From the NCBI RefSeq assembly GCF_036971445.1, contig NC_091470.1, forward strand, positions 157,356,001 through 157,420,000: a DNA stretch of 64,000 nt, in the 5' to 3' direction. The notes beneath the pieces are model-generated. The model was given only the letters and a program-made list of their open reading frames with translations. It did not search any database and had not been told where the DNA came from. Shown one piece after another: positions 36,901 to 49,525 of this stretch. Source of the DNA: Narcine bancroftii (Eukaryota). Both the position numbers and the translations under genes were made by a program. The stretch's first letter is position 1. The number at the start of each line of letters is the position of its first letter.

Positions 36901-39900
36901 AATGCTTAGAAAATCACTTATTGTGTATTACTGTTTTGAAAATGTGGTAGATGTCTCAAATAACTGGTGGTGGTCTTGTACTGTCAGTGTTCCCATAATG
37001 GTGTTCAGGAAGGAATTCAGGATTTAAACCCGGTTATAATTAAGAGCACATTTTTCCTTGGCAAACTCTGTGCGATTAAAATGAAAACTTAATGATGATC
37101 GTATGCTTACGCTCTTGCCTAACAGTTGAGTGACTTGATCGCCTTTTTTGTGGCCATCCAAGGTCCTGCGCAATTACACAAACTTGATCAGATGTTTTTT
37201 ATATATCATGGCATCATTTCTATTGTCCAGAAGGCTATATTGCAGCATGGTTAAAAGCTAGATTATACGCCCTGGAAAGTTCACTCAATGGTGTCTCTGA
37301 TTGTGAGTCTGGTTGTCTATGGATTATAATGGGTAGAGTGGGCAGATCAGTAGGATCTAAACTCTTAACACTTCATAACCTTTTGCCTCTGCTGCATGGG
37401 CATTTGAGGTATCCTGGCCAAACAAGAAAAGTGGACGACTGATTTGAAGGAAATGCAGCAGGTCCGAATTCAAGGATTGGGAATATGAGTTGTTTAAACC
37501 TTGGGCTGAAATATAAAATTTTGTGAATGTGTAAGGTGACGTGACGGGATGATAGATGGATTCATTTCTGGCAAACTGTAAATATTGAATCCCAAGTCTC
37601 TGGTAATTTTTTTCTGTAAAATACAGAATTAATATTTGGTGTACAACATTGTTAAATCTAATTTTCAGTTGCAAACCTGGAGAAGCCTGGCACATTTGTC
37701 GGCAATGATGTGATCGTAGCTTTTGCAAGAAACAATCAAGTGAACATTGTGATCCACCAGCTTAATGCCCCACTTTGGCAGGTAAATTTAATGTGCACTG
37801 CATTATTAAGGGATTTGAAGACCATGCATAACTGGTGTGCAGAGGGTACGATATTGACAAATGTCAACACGGAGACTACAAGTCACTGGGCAGTCATTAC
37901 ACTTGTGTACATGAAGTTTCTTCTCCTTCCACTCCACTTGGGTTTTTGGGCTTGATTGTAGAACTGGTGCCCAGCAAGGGTGACCGATGGCATTGCCAAA
38001 ACTTGTTTCAAATTCTTCTCGGGTTTGGGAGAAGAGTAGCAATTGATTATTTATTTTTGTATTGTGGGGGATGTTGCATTTCTATCTGGGAAATCTAAAT
38101 GGTTATGTGGTTTTAAATTACTGACAAACCAGCAGGTGTTTCTCACCTGATCATATGGAAATTGCAATTCAAATTTGTTATCAAATCGGACCAAGAAATT
38201 AATTATCGCTAAAGACCATAGCAAGCTAACATAAAGGTGCAGAAACATGGGTTGAAATCGAGTTAGTGTAAGGCCTTCTGAGATATTGTAGGTACTGACA
38301 ATTTGATGGCGTAGGATCGTTCAACCAGGTTTGAAAAATGCCTTCTGGGGTTCCACTATCGTGACTGACAGTGATGGGACATGGGGGAGTGTGCCCCAGT
38401 GAGTCAAGGAAGAATGGGGCAAGGCTCAGTTGCCATGTCTGCCTGTTGCAGCTAAGATTCAATGTATTGTGTGATGGGATTGACTAAGATATGAAGGTCC
38501 TAATGAAAGAAATTTAATAGGAACTATTGAAGATGCAATCCGAGTGACTGCATTGTTTTTGCATGTGAATAATTTGTCTGCTTCTGTTTAATCTCTTACA
38601 AGACAACTTCCCATTCCAGGTATTCGTATCGTTAACTTTGGGCTGTTTCCAATGCAGTAACATCTTTCCCCATTAGGAGGCCATTATTGTGTACAGTATT
38701 CCAGATATGGTCTCACTTGCAGCTTCTATAACAGAAGCATAATCTTTTCATTCAATTTCTCCAGCAAGCGACCTACAGTAAAACAAGCTGAACCTTGAGG
38801 ATTAGGGATGGCTCGTTGTGTTATTCTGCTATCCTTGACTTTTTTTTAAATTTCACACTAGTGCCTTTTTAATGGATCAGAGCTGGGGGAATGAGGAATG
38901 CTGCTGAGTAATTCTTCAAATGGTGTATTTTATGGCAACATTTTATGTTAATAGTTAATGTGTTCTGCAATTCATAAACTTGAACCAAATAATTCTGGGT
39001 GCCTATAATGTAATTTGTATTGCTTTCCACCCAAGTGTTCAAAATATCTGGAATTGGAATACTGTACTCCTAAATAATGTCTATTATGCAAATGCCCAGA
39101 GTTCTCTCAATGTTTAAATCTAAATACTGTGTAGGTAAAGCCCAGTGAGGCAGTTTGTAACTCTTTCAGATGTTCAATGCAGAGAAATTTCCTCCTTGTC
39201 ATTGGAAAACAGTGTGCCAAGAATGGGCAGGTTTCCTTGTTTATTAATGCAAAGAGTGCAATAGAAATATTGCCTCTGTAAAATACATTGATCTTTGATC
39301 CTTGTGTAGATAACAAAGCAGACGGAACATAATGTACAACAGCATGTAGATTCTGTATTGTTAAACACTGCAGGTTTTTGGAACCAGAAAGAGTAATGCT
39401 GCTCAATTGCACATTGCCTACCGATATGGGGAGCACTATGACAGTGTGCGGAAGGTCAATGATAATTCAGAAACGCCTGCAAACCTAAGGACGGAGGTGA
39501 GTGAATGTATTTGAGGCCTTGGCCCTTGCCTGTGTGACAGTGCAGTGGCTTTTAGTGGTAAATGTTTCTTGTTATCGTCGAGCAGTTCAAATGCTTAGAC
39601 CCTTTAACCTGAATCCTAACTCTAGTCCAGATGATTGTTGTATATGTCAGTGTATAAGACTCCCCCAGAATTTCCACTTAAAATGTAGGTTTTGAGTTAT
39701 ATTCAGTGTATAGAACTACCCCAAGTCTGGCATTTACAGCTGAGAGCTTGCTTCTGCAATAGTCCTTTAACAACCATCCCGCTGACCAGTGGAGTGATGC
39801 TGTTAAGCACACTACTAAGCAACATTGTGGTTATTTAAAAAATTTTCCCAATTAGTTTCAAGTAATGGTAAAATACAGTCAATTACCGAACATAATATGC

Positions 39901-42900
39901 ATCAAACATTCCAAGCTGGTGTAATGTAAACACTAACGACGTCACTTGGGCATCTTAACTTTTATAGCAACAGACAGGTGTCAAGTATAATTTTAACATT
40001 TGCTTGATTCGCAATATTTGGAAATTAAATTACCCAAAGGCGACCGTTAGCTTCGTTTGCTGTGCTGTTATTTTAAGGTTTGTTAGGTTTATAATACATT
40101 TATATTGTTTTAATATAACTTTATTAATCCAGCTTCCCAAATGCAAGTTTCAGTAGAAAGATTTTGTTGGAGGACAGTAGGAGTTATGCAAGTGTTTTAT
40201 GATATTTTCCATTGCCTTGGGGGATACTCTACAGAATGTTAAGGTTCAGATTTTATACTTGGTGTATAAGGCAACCCCTGATTTTGGGGTGACATTTTTA
40301 GGGATCAAATTTTGTCTTGTACACTGACATAAGGTAGGTGGCTACACGTGAGACTGCAGATGCTGGAATTTGGAGCAGAAAACAATCTGCTGAATGAACT
40401 CAGTTGCCCAATGGGAGAAAGGATGGTCTGTTTGGGCCAGAATCCTTCAAGCCTAGGTGGATGTATTAGAGTTAGTTTGTAAATGTGATTGCAAACCCCT
40501 AGTGACATGAAAATTCTATTTCTTTCAATTCTGGCTGCTCAGGAAGTGGAATGAATTTTAAACCTATTTTTAAAAAAATTAAAGATTTGGAATGGTGGGA
40601 GTGAAACGTTTATTAGATAATAGTCACCTCGTCTTTATTTAATGTCCACTGTGTAGTACAGTTTGAATACTCCTTATCCAAAATGCCAAGGACCAAAGTG
40701 TTTTGGACTTTGGATTTTTCAGATTTTGGAGCATCATTTATATAAAAAAAAAAGAACTCATTCATTCAGACTTAAAGATACGTGCATCTACACTCCATAA
40801 TGAACTCCTTACGTCCACTACGTCCTGTTCTCCAATCGAGATTTCTGAACTCAATTACATACCTTGTGGGACCATGAATGAAAAATGTTTCTTATTTTGA
40901 GTCATTTCAGATTTCATATATTCAGATAAAGAGTCTTCAACCCGTACGTTAGATGAATGCAATACTGCAAGGCAACTTCCTTGTGCCCAAGTGTTTCTTG
41001 CATTTGCATTCAGAAGCTGCACGTTATTTTCCTGTGAGATGGTCTCCACCACATCCGATTCACAAATATTCATGTTTAACTATGTGGTTGCACAGATGCT
41101 CATTAAAGATGATTCAAAGAAGAAAGATCGTAACAAAATGTGTCATTATCAAGTGGAAGATATACAGGACTTTGAAACCAAAGCGACAGAAATAGATCTG
41201 GATGATGCAGTTCAAAAAGTGCACAACGCAACAGGGTGCATGGTGAGTAACTGGAGACCTATTAGTCAAGCTGCCTTCGATGATCATTCCAATGTCCTGA
41301 CATTATTCAATATTTTTTAAATTGATCTGATTTTGAGATCCTTGTATGATAACAGCTCGTGCTTTCTTTTTCTCGGGTGAGGTTTGTTTTGAGAATTGTA
41401 GGATTTATTAACTCATGACTAGTGCAGACCCACAGTATACAGAACCACATGATCCAGCTTGGGACTCTATCAAACTGATCTGGAGTTTGTTGGTTGTCCT
41501 CAGTTGGGATGTGGTTTGATTATGAAGTTAGCATAATGCACTTCTGGTCACTACATGCTGACCACAACAGGCATGTGTTTTCTTTATGGTTGGAATATGA
41601 GCTTCATTTCTTGTAGTGAAAGAACTGAGTCGTTCTATGATTCTGATCCAGCAATTTTGCATTTCCAAGTTGGAGTTGTGTGTAGTTTGGGAAGGAATTA
41701 CCAGTACCATCTGTGTGCTGATTTCCTTTGTCTTCTTAGATTTGGGAGGTGCTACCAAGAAGCCTTGGTGTCTTGTTTTCCATAGTGGTTAGTCCGATGC
41801 TGTTACAGTGACAGCATCCGGGATTTGAATCTGGACACTGTGTAGGAGTTTGTACATTCTCTGTGTTTCTTCAGACTTGCTTTTGTGTTGGGTGCAGTTA
41901 CTTTGGGAGGATAGGGAATTTTTCTCTGAGAATACTGTTGAATAGATGGAGGTGACTAGATTTGCTGGAAATGGTCACATCCAGCAATTGTTTAGCACTA
42001 AATATTATTTTCTAGTTTTCACCCTGGACCTGAATGTTCAATAGATGCTGAATATGAGCAAAATTTCTCATTGGATGAGGTGAAATGGTGTAATTACCAA
42101 ATATCCTGACTTCTAATTATTGAGCCAGCAGATGATTGAGTTTAGGACCTTGAGGCTTGAGATGTTTGACTTCCAACAACAACTGCCTTCTTTTGTGGAC
42201 TTCTCTCCAATAAGATTATCTTATATTTTCATTGACTTCCCCCAAGAGTTCCCAAATGCATATTCATCAAATACTGCTTTGATGTTAGAGGCAGTAATTG
42301 TGCAGAAAGCAAGCTCTTTGCATTGCAGCCCCAGTCCAAACATGGACGATGTGAAGCCAGATAGTCTTACCATCTTTTGAAATAGTTCCTGTTGAAGCAT
42401 TGTTTGCTAGCTGTGTGAATGATGCATTCCTTCACTTGGCCAAGGTCATGTTTATATTTAAAAAAAATTAAAAATAAAAAAAAATCCTAGTTTCTGTGAT
42501 TGTTCCAGACATATTTTGAAGGCTGTGTTTAGTTCTTGGTCATCATTGGTGCTGCCATTTGGCAACTCTTGAAATTCCCCCAGACTCAGCACTTGCTATA
42601 TGATATTTTTTATTGATTTCCAAAATTGGAAGAAAGCTGTTTCACAATCCAACGAAAAGCAGTAGAACATTAAATTTCCTTTTGGCTTGACATGTTTGGT
42701 GTTACAGATCCTTTGCTTGTTCTGCAGTTGTTTGAAAAGTGTGATCGATTATTACCATGTGGGACAAGACTCAGATTTATGAAGAGGATACACCAAGCTG
42801 TGCATTTTTTTGTTGTTGAAATATGGTGTCTTTGTTGTGATTTGAACATCTGTCTCACCTAATGCATTGCCCTTAGATTGATATCTTGTACAAAGTCTGA

Positions 42901-45343
42901 ATAAAGGTTGGCAAATTTTCATGTCTCTGTTCCTTTCTAATAACATTACCAATATTGACACTGGCTTTATTGAATTTCAATTCCCCGCCCCGGCTGCCAT
43001 GATGGTTTTGATGTGTGTCTCTGGATGACTGGTCCAGTAACATAATATGGATGTGGCTATTGTAACCACTGGAGTCAAGGATTCCAAACTGTATTCAGAG
43101 CACAAATTAAGAATTAGCATTTATTGGATGTATGGAAAAACCTGGTGGATTTATTTTTTGGGATAATTGATGTTCTTTCAGGAAACGGATGTTATTGTTC
43201 AGAATCTGGAGCTTGAAAACTACAACATTGAATCTGCAATAGTTGCCATCTTGCAGATGGATGAATTGAAGAATAGTGAGTTCCATTTGCATTTAATATA
43301 CAAGTTGTAAATTTATTTCCATTTTAACTTGTGTTAACTAAAAAAAAACTCATTTTTCTGACTAACTTTGTTTTCATTGGTTTTCAATGTGAGATTTAGT
43401 GCTCAAATTTCAATTTGGGTTGTGTTGCTCAGCCTCGCCTTAACTTTCAGAGGATCACTGAGACTATCTTTCAATTGAATTATTTAGAAGCCTCTCTGGA
43501 TGGCTTTAAAACACATCTTTCTAAAAATGGATAAATGTTTAAGTTCATAACTTGACATATCAATATTGTCTCATTGGTTGTCAAAGATCAGCTTAACTCG
43601 AATACAGTATTGCTACAAAAGGCTTTAAGAGTCTGGAAGGGTAACCTACCTTTTGAAAGTCTTGTGAATAAATACGTTGTCTAGTGAAGGAAGCTAAGGC
43701 TTGGTTGAAAACACTGAAGAAGTCGTGTAAAATTTAGAGCAACACACAAGTTCTGGAGAAACTCAGCAGGTCACACATCAACCTAGGAAGCAAAAGAGTA
43801 ACCAACATTCCAGGCCTGAGCCCTTCGTCAAGGTATAATCAGCTCTTGCTTCCTATACTGCTCTGTGAACTGCTAAGTTTTTCTTGCACTTTTCTGTGTT
43901 GCACTACATTCAGTCTCATTTGCATCTTTTCTGTTTAACTTCAAATGTATATTTAGGATGTCTTGTCGTGTCTCTTTCCGCAAAGTACCATTAAGTTCAA
44001 TCATGTTTTTTCTGCTGCCAAACCACTCTTGCAGTTTGAGTTTAATTTAGTTATCCTTTTGGATTAGAAAGGATTGAAGAGTACAACAAAAACCGCCCTG
44101 ATGGTGGTCCTCCGCATACATCTTCTCTATGGATGGAGAATGGAACTGCTGCCAGGATTTTTGGAAATCAAGTTGTAAATCCTAAAGAAATTGAAAATAA
44201 TAGGACACTAAACAAAAAGGAAGAAAATAAGAGGACCAAAAACAAGGTGTGTTAATATCTTCTGCACAGCAATGACAGGGGACTGGGATGGTTGGTACAG
44301 AATGTGATGTGCAAATTTTATTCAAAAATATAATGCTATGTGTTTATGCCCAAATATGATGATGAAGAGTGGATTCCCCTCTGCAAGTAGCATCATGTAG
44401 ATAATTTTGGCCAGCTCAGTCTTTTAAAATGTTATTTTTAGCTATCTCGTAAGCATGGATTTTGAAGGTTCAATGTTGAGACTATCACTATGGAAGGCAG
44501 TCTGCCAATCTCTACAATGCCTTTAAAATTGAGTTTGCCTTCAGCAAACATACAACTGGTTTGTCACATTGTACTTGGTGTATTGAGTAGTCTCACAGTT
44601 TCTCTCTAATATTCATACAGGCATGTAGAGAGCACCATTTACAGAGAATTAATCTGTCCTAAGCAAGGATAACATAACAACACTGGGTTCATTCAAGAGC
44701 CTGATGGCTGTAGGGAAGACTCTGTTTAAGCCCTGTTGGAGTGAAAATAGCATGACTTTGAGAGAATACTGATGAAAGAAGACATTACCAATTGTGTCAT
44801 TTTGAAGTGCTGAGGAGTTACTCTGTCATTGCTAATATTCATCCTCAATCAATGTTTAAACATTGTGGTCTTTATCATATTGCTGCTTGTGGAATTTTTA
44901 GTGTCCAAATTGGGCACAATGAATTTCTCAAAGTATTGACAGAAGTAATTTGAGGTGCCCTAATGCACTTCATGAATGCAAGCCAAAAGCAGTTCATCTT
45001 GGGTAATGCCTTGGTTTCATCTCACTGGATTACCTTCAAGCTGTCAAAACTGCTTGGACCTTTGTTGCAGAAAGCAGAGTGAAATACATCCTAGCTATTC
45101 AAATTTGGTGTTTATCAAAGTTTTTTTTCCTATTCTCATTCTCCATTTGAATTTTTTAAACTGCAGCTTACAGGTAGGGAACGGAAGGAACAATTAAGGA
45201 TAGAAAAGAAGAAACGCCAGGAAGAGAGGCATCGACAAAAGGTTCTAGACAACAGGAGCAATAATTTGGAAGAGCTCACAACTGATGGGAACTTGCAACC
45301 ACCAGTTACGTTAGTCAAAACATTTGCTACTTTAAACATCTGA
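27743..45343 (+). CDS. OTUD3: OTU domain-containing protein 3 (deubiquitinase), 8 coding exons, 394 aa
   Basis: Exons of 203+149+113+123+147+94+179+177 = 1185 nt splice in frame at GT-AG sites; MSRKQA start, PGDGNCLFRAL Cys loop, GEHYDSVR His loop, [10 protein letters not shown] end. Confidence 0.96.
28231..28625. mobile_element. hAT MITE in OTUD3 intron 1
   Basis: TIR caggggtggccaa / ttggccacccctg; 8-bp TSD GCCTAGAG (28223-28230 / 28626-28633). Confidence 0.92.
30991..33145 (-). mobile_element. RTE-clade LINE copy 4 with 5' inversion
   Basis: Uninterrupted 560-aa RT ORF (31052-32734, -); the upstream part of the ORF is inverted at ~32755-33145 (+); 11-bp TSD TATTGTTAAGT (30980-30990 / 33146-33156). 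Confidence 0.95.
33177..33775 (+). mobile_element. L1/Tx1-clade 3' fragment
   Basis: [12 protein letters not shown]...[17 protein letters not shown] remnant; similar to 62680-62990 (-); possible TSD ACACT. Confidence 0.75.
34948..35096 (+). CDS. OTUD3: OTUD3 coding exon 2 (catalytic Cys)
   Basis: ag|[19 protein letters not shown]...[15 protein letters not shown]|gtgag. Confidence 0.96.
35112..35309. repeat. Minisatellite, 38-bp unit, about 5.2 copies
   Basis: aatttttctgtttgtaattgtgtagaacataagcaaag starting at 35112, 35150, 35188, 35226, 35264 and partially at 35302. Confidence 0.97.
37669..37781 (+). CDS. OTUD3: OTUD3 coding exon 3
   Basis: [37 protein letters not shown]; ttttcag| and |gtaaat. 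Confidence 0.95.
39374..39496 (+). CDS. OTUD3: OTUD3 coding exon 4 (His loop)
   Basis: [41 protein letters not shown]; cag| and |gtgag. Confidence 0.95.
39645..40325. mobile_element. Degraded Tc1/pogo-like MITE
   Basis: Repeated gtgtataag(ac)...cccc subterminal motifs at both ends. Confidence 0.4.
40659..40944. mobile_element. Tigger/pogo-like MITE
   Basis: TA-flanked imperfect TIR cagtttgaatactccttatcc / gataaagagtcttcaacccg. Confidence 0.65.
41096..41242 (+). CDS. OTUD3: OTUD3 coding exon 5
   Basis: MLIKDD...[16 protein letters not shown]; cacag| and |gtgag. Confidence 0.92.
43182..43275 (+). CDS. OTUD3: OTUD3 coding exon 6 (UBA-like region)
   Basis: [31 protein letters not shown]; tttcag| and |gtgagt. 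Confidence 0.93.
44068..44246 (+). CDS. OTUD3: OTUD3 coding exon 7
   Basis: ...[15 protein letters not shown]...[10 protein letters not shown]; phase-compatible ttag| and |gtgtg. Confidence 0.88.
45167..45343 (+). CDS. OTUD3: OTUD3 coding exon 8 (terminal)
   Basis: [25 protein letters not shown]...[12 protein letters not shown]. Confidence 0.94.
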   Translation, partial: LTGRERKEQLRIEKKKRQEERHRQKVLDNRSNNLEELTTDGNLQPPVTLVKTFATLNI

Positions 45344-46168
45344 CTTGAGGTCCATCTACAATTAGAGATTTCCTAGCCTTGTATGAGTTTGAAGTCTCAA
45401 AACCGGAGATGATCTTGTAGGAGGGGATTTTGGACTTGTTTTTTTTCCCTCATGCTGATTTACATTAACAATGACTTCACACCTATTTTTGAAGAACTTT
45501 GCTTTTGTGTAAGATGGAAGAACAACTATCGAAGTGAATTTACACTTTATAAATGCAATAGACATAATGGTAATAGGTGAGAAAATAGACAATTTGAAAT
45601 GATTAGATGAATTTTAACAGTAAATGGCTTTAAAAGTGAGTATGCTCTTGAATTATAAATGTGTGGTTTAGAGAGTTGACCCATCTTCAGTAAAGTAGTC
45701 ATCACATTAATGCTCAGTAATTGAGATGAAATTCCAGACCTATTTACAGCAGGTGCAGATCTCCCAAAAGGCCATTGTAGAGCGAGTTTGCACAGGAGCA
45801 CTTCTGAATGACTTGTTAGTGTAGCATTTGCCTGCTGACATTGATTAGCGTCACAAGCTGAGAGGCAAAGTTGACTTCAACTGCAGAGTTGACTTGATCC
45901 CTTTTCAGACAGTAATATTTTTAGTTCAAGGTTTTTTAAAAAAGAATGCTGCTAATCATGAAATACAAAGGTGGTTTTCCCCACAGATTATTTCAAGAGC
46001 ATGCTGTTTAAACTATGGAAGAACTGCTGCTTTGCCATTGTGGAATGGGTCGCACCAGAGATTTCTGTAACTTGTTTATCAAAGCCATTTGTTTGAACAC
46101 TCCTGGAGGTAACTGAATGAAAAATAAACTTGTTGAATTTCTACCTCCTGTTTTTTTTAATATGTATG

Positions 46169-46408
46169 TGTAGAGCTCGTCGAAAGAACCAAAGACTTGT
46201 TGATCCAAACCAAGGCTTTTATTAGCAAAAGACAGGAGCTCGTCACAGGTGGCCGACCAGTCCGGAATGATCCGACCTGGCTAGGGACACAACCCTTTAA
46301 GGCCCAGACAGTAGGCGTGGCTAAGCTCTCAGCCAATCACTGTAAGCACAGTCATTACACTCTAGATACTGTAACTATATACATTGGTGATAGGTCTGTA
46401 CTATCACA
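46169..46408 (-). mobile_element. Solo LTR (240 bp)
   Basis: TG...CA termini; 5-bp TSD GTATG (46164-46168 / 46409-46413); AATAAA on minus strand; homologous to 2160-2376. Confidence 0.88.
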
Positions 46409-46719
46409 GTATGGCAATAAAGAATAGTCTGATTTGGAAAAATCATTAGGAATAGCCAAGTGTTTGAAACTAACTCCTGGAGATCTGTTTAAACATATGA
46501 CTATTGGGTGATTGTTTTTGCTCTATTTCTGTTTCTCTATAAAAGGGAATAAATCAACTCGTTGATGTGCTAAATTTTGTATAAATAAATATTTAAAAAT
46601 TGGACTTTGTATTGATTTGCAACCGGGTAAGATCTAAAGTTGAGCTGTTAGTGATGTACATTAGTATCTAAAGGAAATAGTTGAGAATAGAATCCCAGAA
46701 CCAGGCAGTTCTGCATTAC

Positions 46720-49525
46720 CTTTTTATTGTAATGTTTTATTTTTCACTCTATGAAGCATATCAACCAAAATATGTACAAATGTTTCTCATTAAATTTATA
46801 CAGTGGTCTTTTCTTCCCTTTTTTCCCCCTTTCCCTCCCTCCCCTCTAACCACCCCCCTCCAAAACCCATAAATATTCAGCATATACAATAAAACCATAA
46901 AACAATATTTTCACACACAGGAAAATGAACAAGAAAAATGTGTCATCCATTTATTACACACTGAATCTATTCATTTTGTCTTATCATTTTCATTGTCATT
47001 TTAGGGGATGGAGGTCGTAGGCAAGCTCTCTGTTATGTTCCATGTATGGTTCCCAAATTTGTTCAAACATTGTGACTTTATTTTTTAAATTATACTTTTT
47101 TTTTCCAATGTAATGTATTTATTCATTTTCATTTCCTGCATTGATTTAACCATAAGTTTGGCTACTTTATTCTTTCTACTTGTCTTTTGTCCAGTTTTAT
47201 CCAACATTGGGTCCAAATTAAGGTTAAAATCCCCTCCTATCAATATATTTCCTTGTGTGTCTGCAATCTTCAAAAAAAATATCCTGCATAAACTTTTGAT
47301 CCTCCTCGTTGGGTGCATGTATATTGAGCAAATTCCAAAATTCTGAGTATATCTGACACTTTATCATTACATACCTCCCTGCTGGATCTATTATTTCCTC
47401 CTCTATTTTGATTGGTACTAGTTAACTAGTATGTCTATATGTCTAGCTTTTGAATTATAAGATGCTATCATTACGTGTCCTACCCAGTCTGTCTTTAGTT
47501 TATGTTCTGCTTCAGTTAAATGAGTTTCCTGCACAAATGCTATAATCTATTTTTCCCTTCAATAAATTTAGTAGCCTCTTCCTTTTAATTTGGTTATGTA
47601 TTCCATTAATGTTTATAGTCATATAGTTCAACATGGCCATCTTGTGTCTTGCTTGTATTTCTTTTCCACCTCTTCACCACCTCCATCCCCCTTTTCCCCA
47701 TTTTCATCTTAGTTTTCTCTTATTACATTTAAGACAAAGTACCCCCGCAGTTCCCACATCCACTAATACCTTAACCCCAAAAGATCCCCCCCTCTCTGAG
47801 TTGCCCCATATCCCTTGCCGGGCAACCACAATCCCCTTTTCATTTGGATTGTGATCTTTTTTGCATCATCAACTGATTTTGCAGTGATGATTATTCCCTC
47901 TCTACCCAGCCCTCTCCAGAAAACAATTTTTAACACACTTCCTTCCTTCCTTCCCTTCTCTTTCCCTCTTTAGTCCTTTACATATACATTGTTTTTACAT
48001 CTTTATATGTACTTTATTGCCGTTCTTCATTCTTGTTACATTTCTTCATCTCTTCTGTCCTGCAAATGTTCTGCAAATTCTTGCACTTTCTGGATCCGAG
48101 AACAGTCTGTTGTGCTCCCTGGGTATAAATATTTTAAGCATGGCTGGATGTCTTCAATATGAATTTGTAACCTTTTTTCCATAAAGTCAATTTTGCTGTA
48201 TTAAACTCCTTCCACTTCTTTAAGAGTTCAAAACTTGTGTCTGGGTAAAAAAATATTTTTTGACCCTTGATTTCCAATGGTTTGTTATCTTCTCTAATTT
48301 TATTCTTTGCTCATTCCAGTATATTTTCTGTTGTCGTGTATCTCAAAAGTTTTACTAAGATGGATCTTGGTTTTTGATGTGTCTGTGGTTTCGGAGCTGA
48401 TGCTCTGTGCCCTTTCTATTTCCATTTCTTCCTGCATTTCTGTCATTCCCAGAACCTTCAGGATCCATCCTTTTATAAATTCCTTCATGTCTCTGCCTTC
48501 TTCACCCGCCTTCAGGCCCACTATTTATTTTGTTTTGCCTGCTATAATTTTCCAACATATCAATTTTCTGAGATAACAACTCTTGTCTCTCTTTAATTTT
48601 TTTGTCACTATCTTCCAATTTTTCTCGTCATTTACTTCCATTTCTACAGCCGTTTCCTGCTCTTCCACATTCTCTACTCTTTTCCCTATTTCTGTCATTA
48701 CCAGCTCTAACCTTTGCATTTTATCTTCTGTTCTTTTCATTTTCCTTTTAATTGCATTAAATTCTAATGTTAACCATTCTTTTAGTGATCTCATTTGTTC
48801 TTCAAAAAATACTTTATCTACATTCTGTTCATCAGTTTTACCTTTTATTTCTCTTTGTCCATCAGTTTTACCTTCTATTTCTCTGAAGATCTTGGTCTTC
48901 TTCCTCTGTCTGTATCTGTGTTTGTCTTCTTTGTATCTGTGTCTCTTCTGTTTTTCCTGATGAGCTCCTTTTATCTCTTTGTCAGGCCTCTTCTTGCTGG
49001 GCCTCTTGTTGCTGGTCCTCCCCTCCTGGGCTACTTGTCTGTTGTGCTTCCTGACATTGGTCTTCTTGTCTGTCTTCCCTCTGTCTATCTTCCACGTCTG
49101 TTTCATCACTTCCTCTTCTGCTGTCTTCCTTGTCCTCCAGCTGAGAGCCCTAGTGTCGGGTGTCCCTCAGCTGCTCGGTCTGTGGCAGCCTGCTCCTCTG
49201 CAGAGACCCCTCCTGCCAGTGTCCTCTTTCTCCTTTGATTGCGCTCTTTTGTTTGGCTCAGAGAGCCATTTTTGTAGTGCACCAGCTGGTGCGTCCTGTT
49301 CCTTCGTGCAGGCAAGGCCGCCTTTGTTCTCTGGTGATTTTTTTCCTTCCAGTTGTTCTTACTTTCTCCTTCTTGGAAGCCATCTTCTTTCTCTTCTCTG
49401 TATCTTTATCTTCTATTTCTTCTATTTGATTTTTGTTATGCTTTGCTTTTTCCTAACTTTTTTCCTATTTTCCTGGAGAGGGCTGATTTTCCCGACTGGC
49501 CACTTCTCCATCACATGACTCCTCC
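46720..49525 (-). mobile_element. L1-clade LINE with 5'UTR, degenerate ORF1 and partial endonuclease; rest of ORF2 deleted
   Basis: 12-bp TSD GTTCTGCATTAC (46708-46719 / 49526-49537); coiled-coil ORF1 remnants (MEIERA); ILIGGDFN endonuclease motif joined at ~47130 to the ORF2 C-terminus. Confidence 0.88.

Noticed and set aside
45167-45173. Second acceptor AG 7 nt into the last OTUD3 exon
   Set aside because: Using it would shift the frame of the conserved C-terminus; only the first AG is phase-compatible
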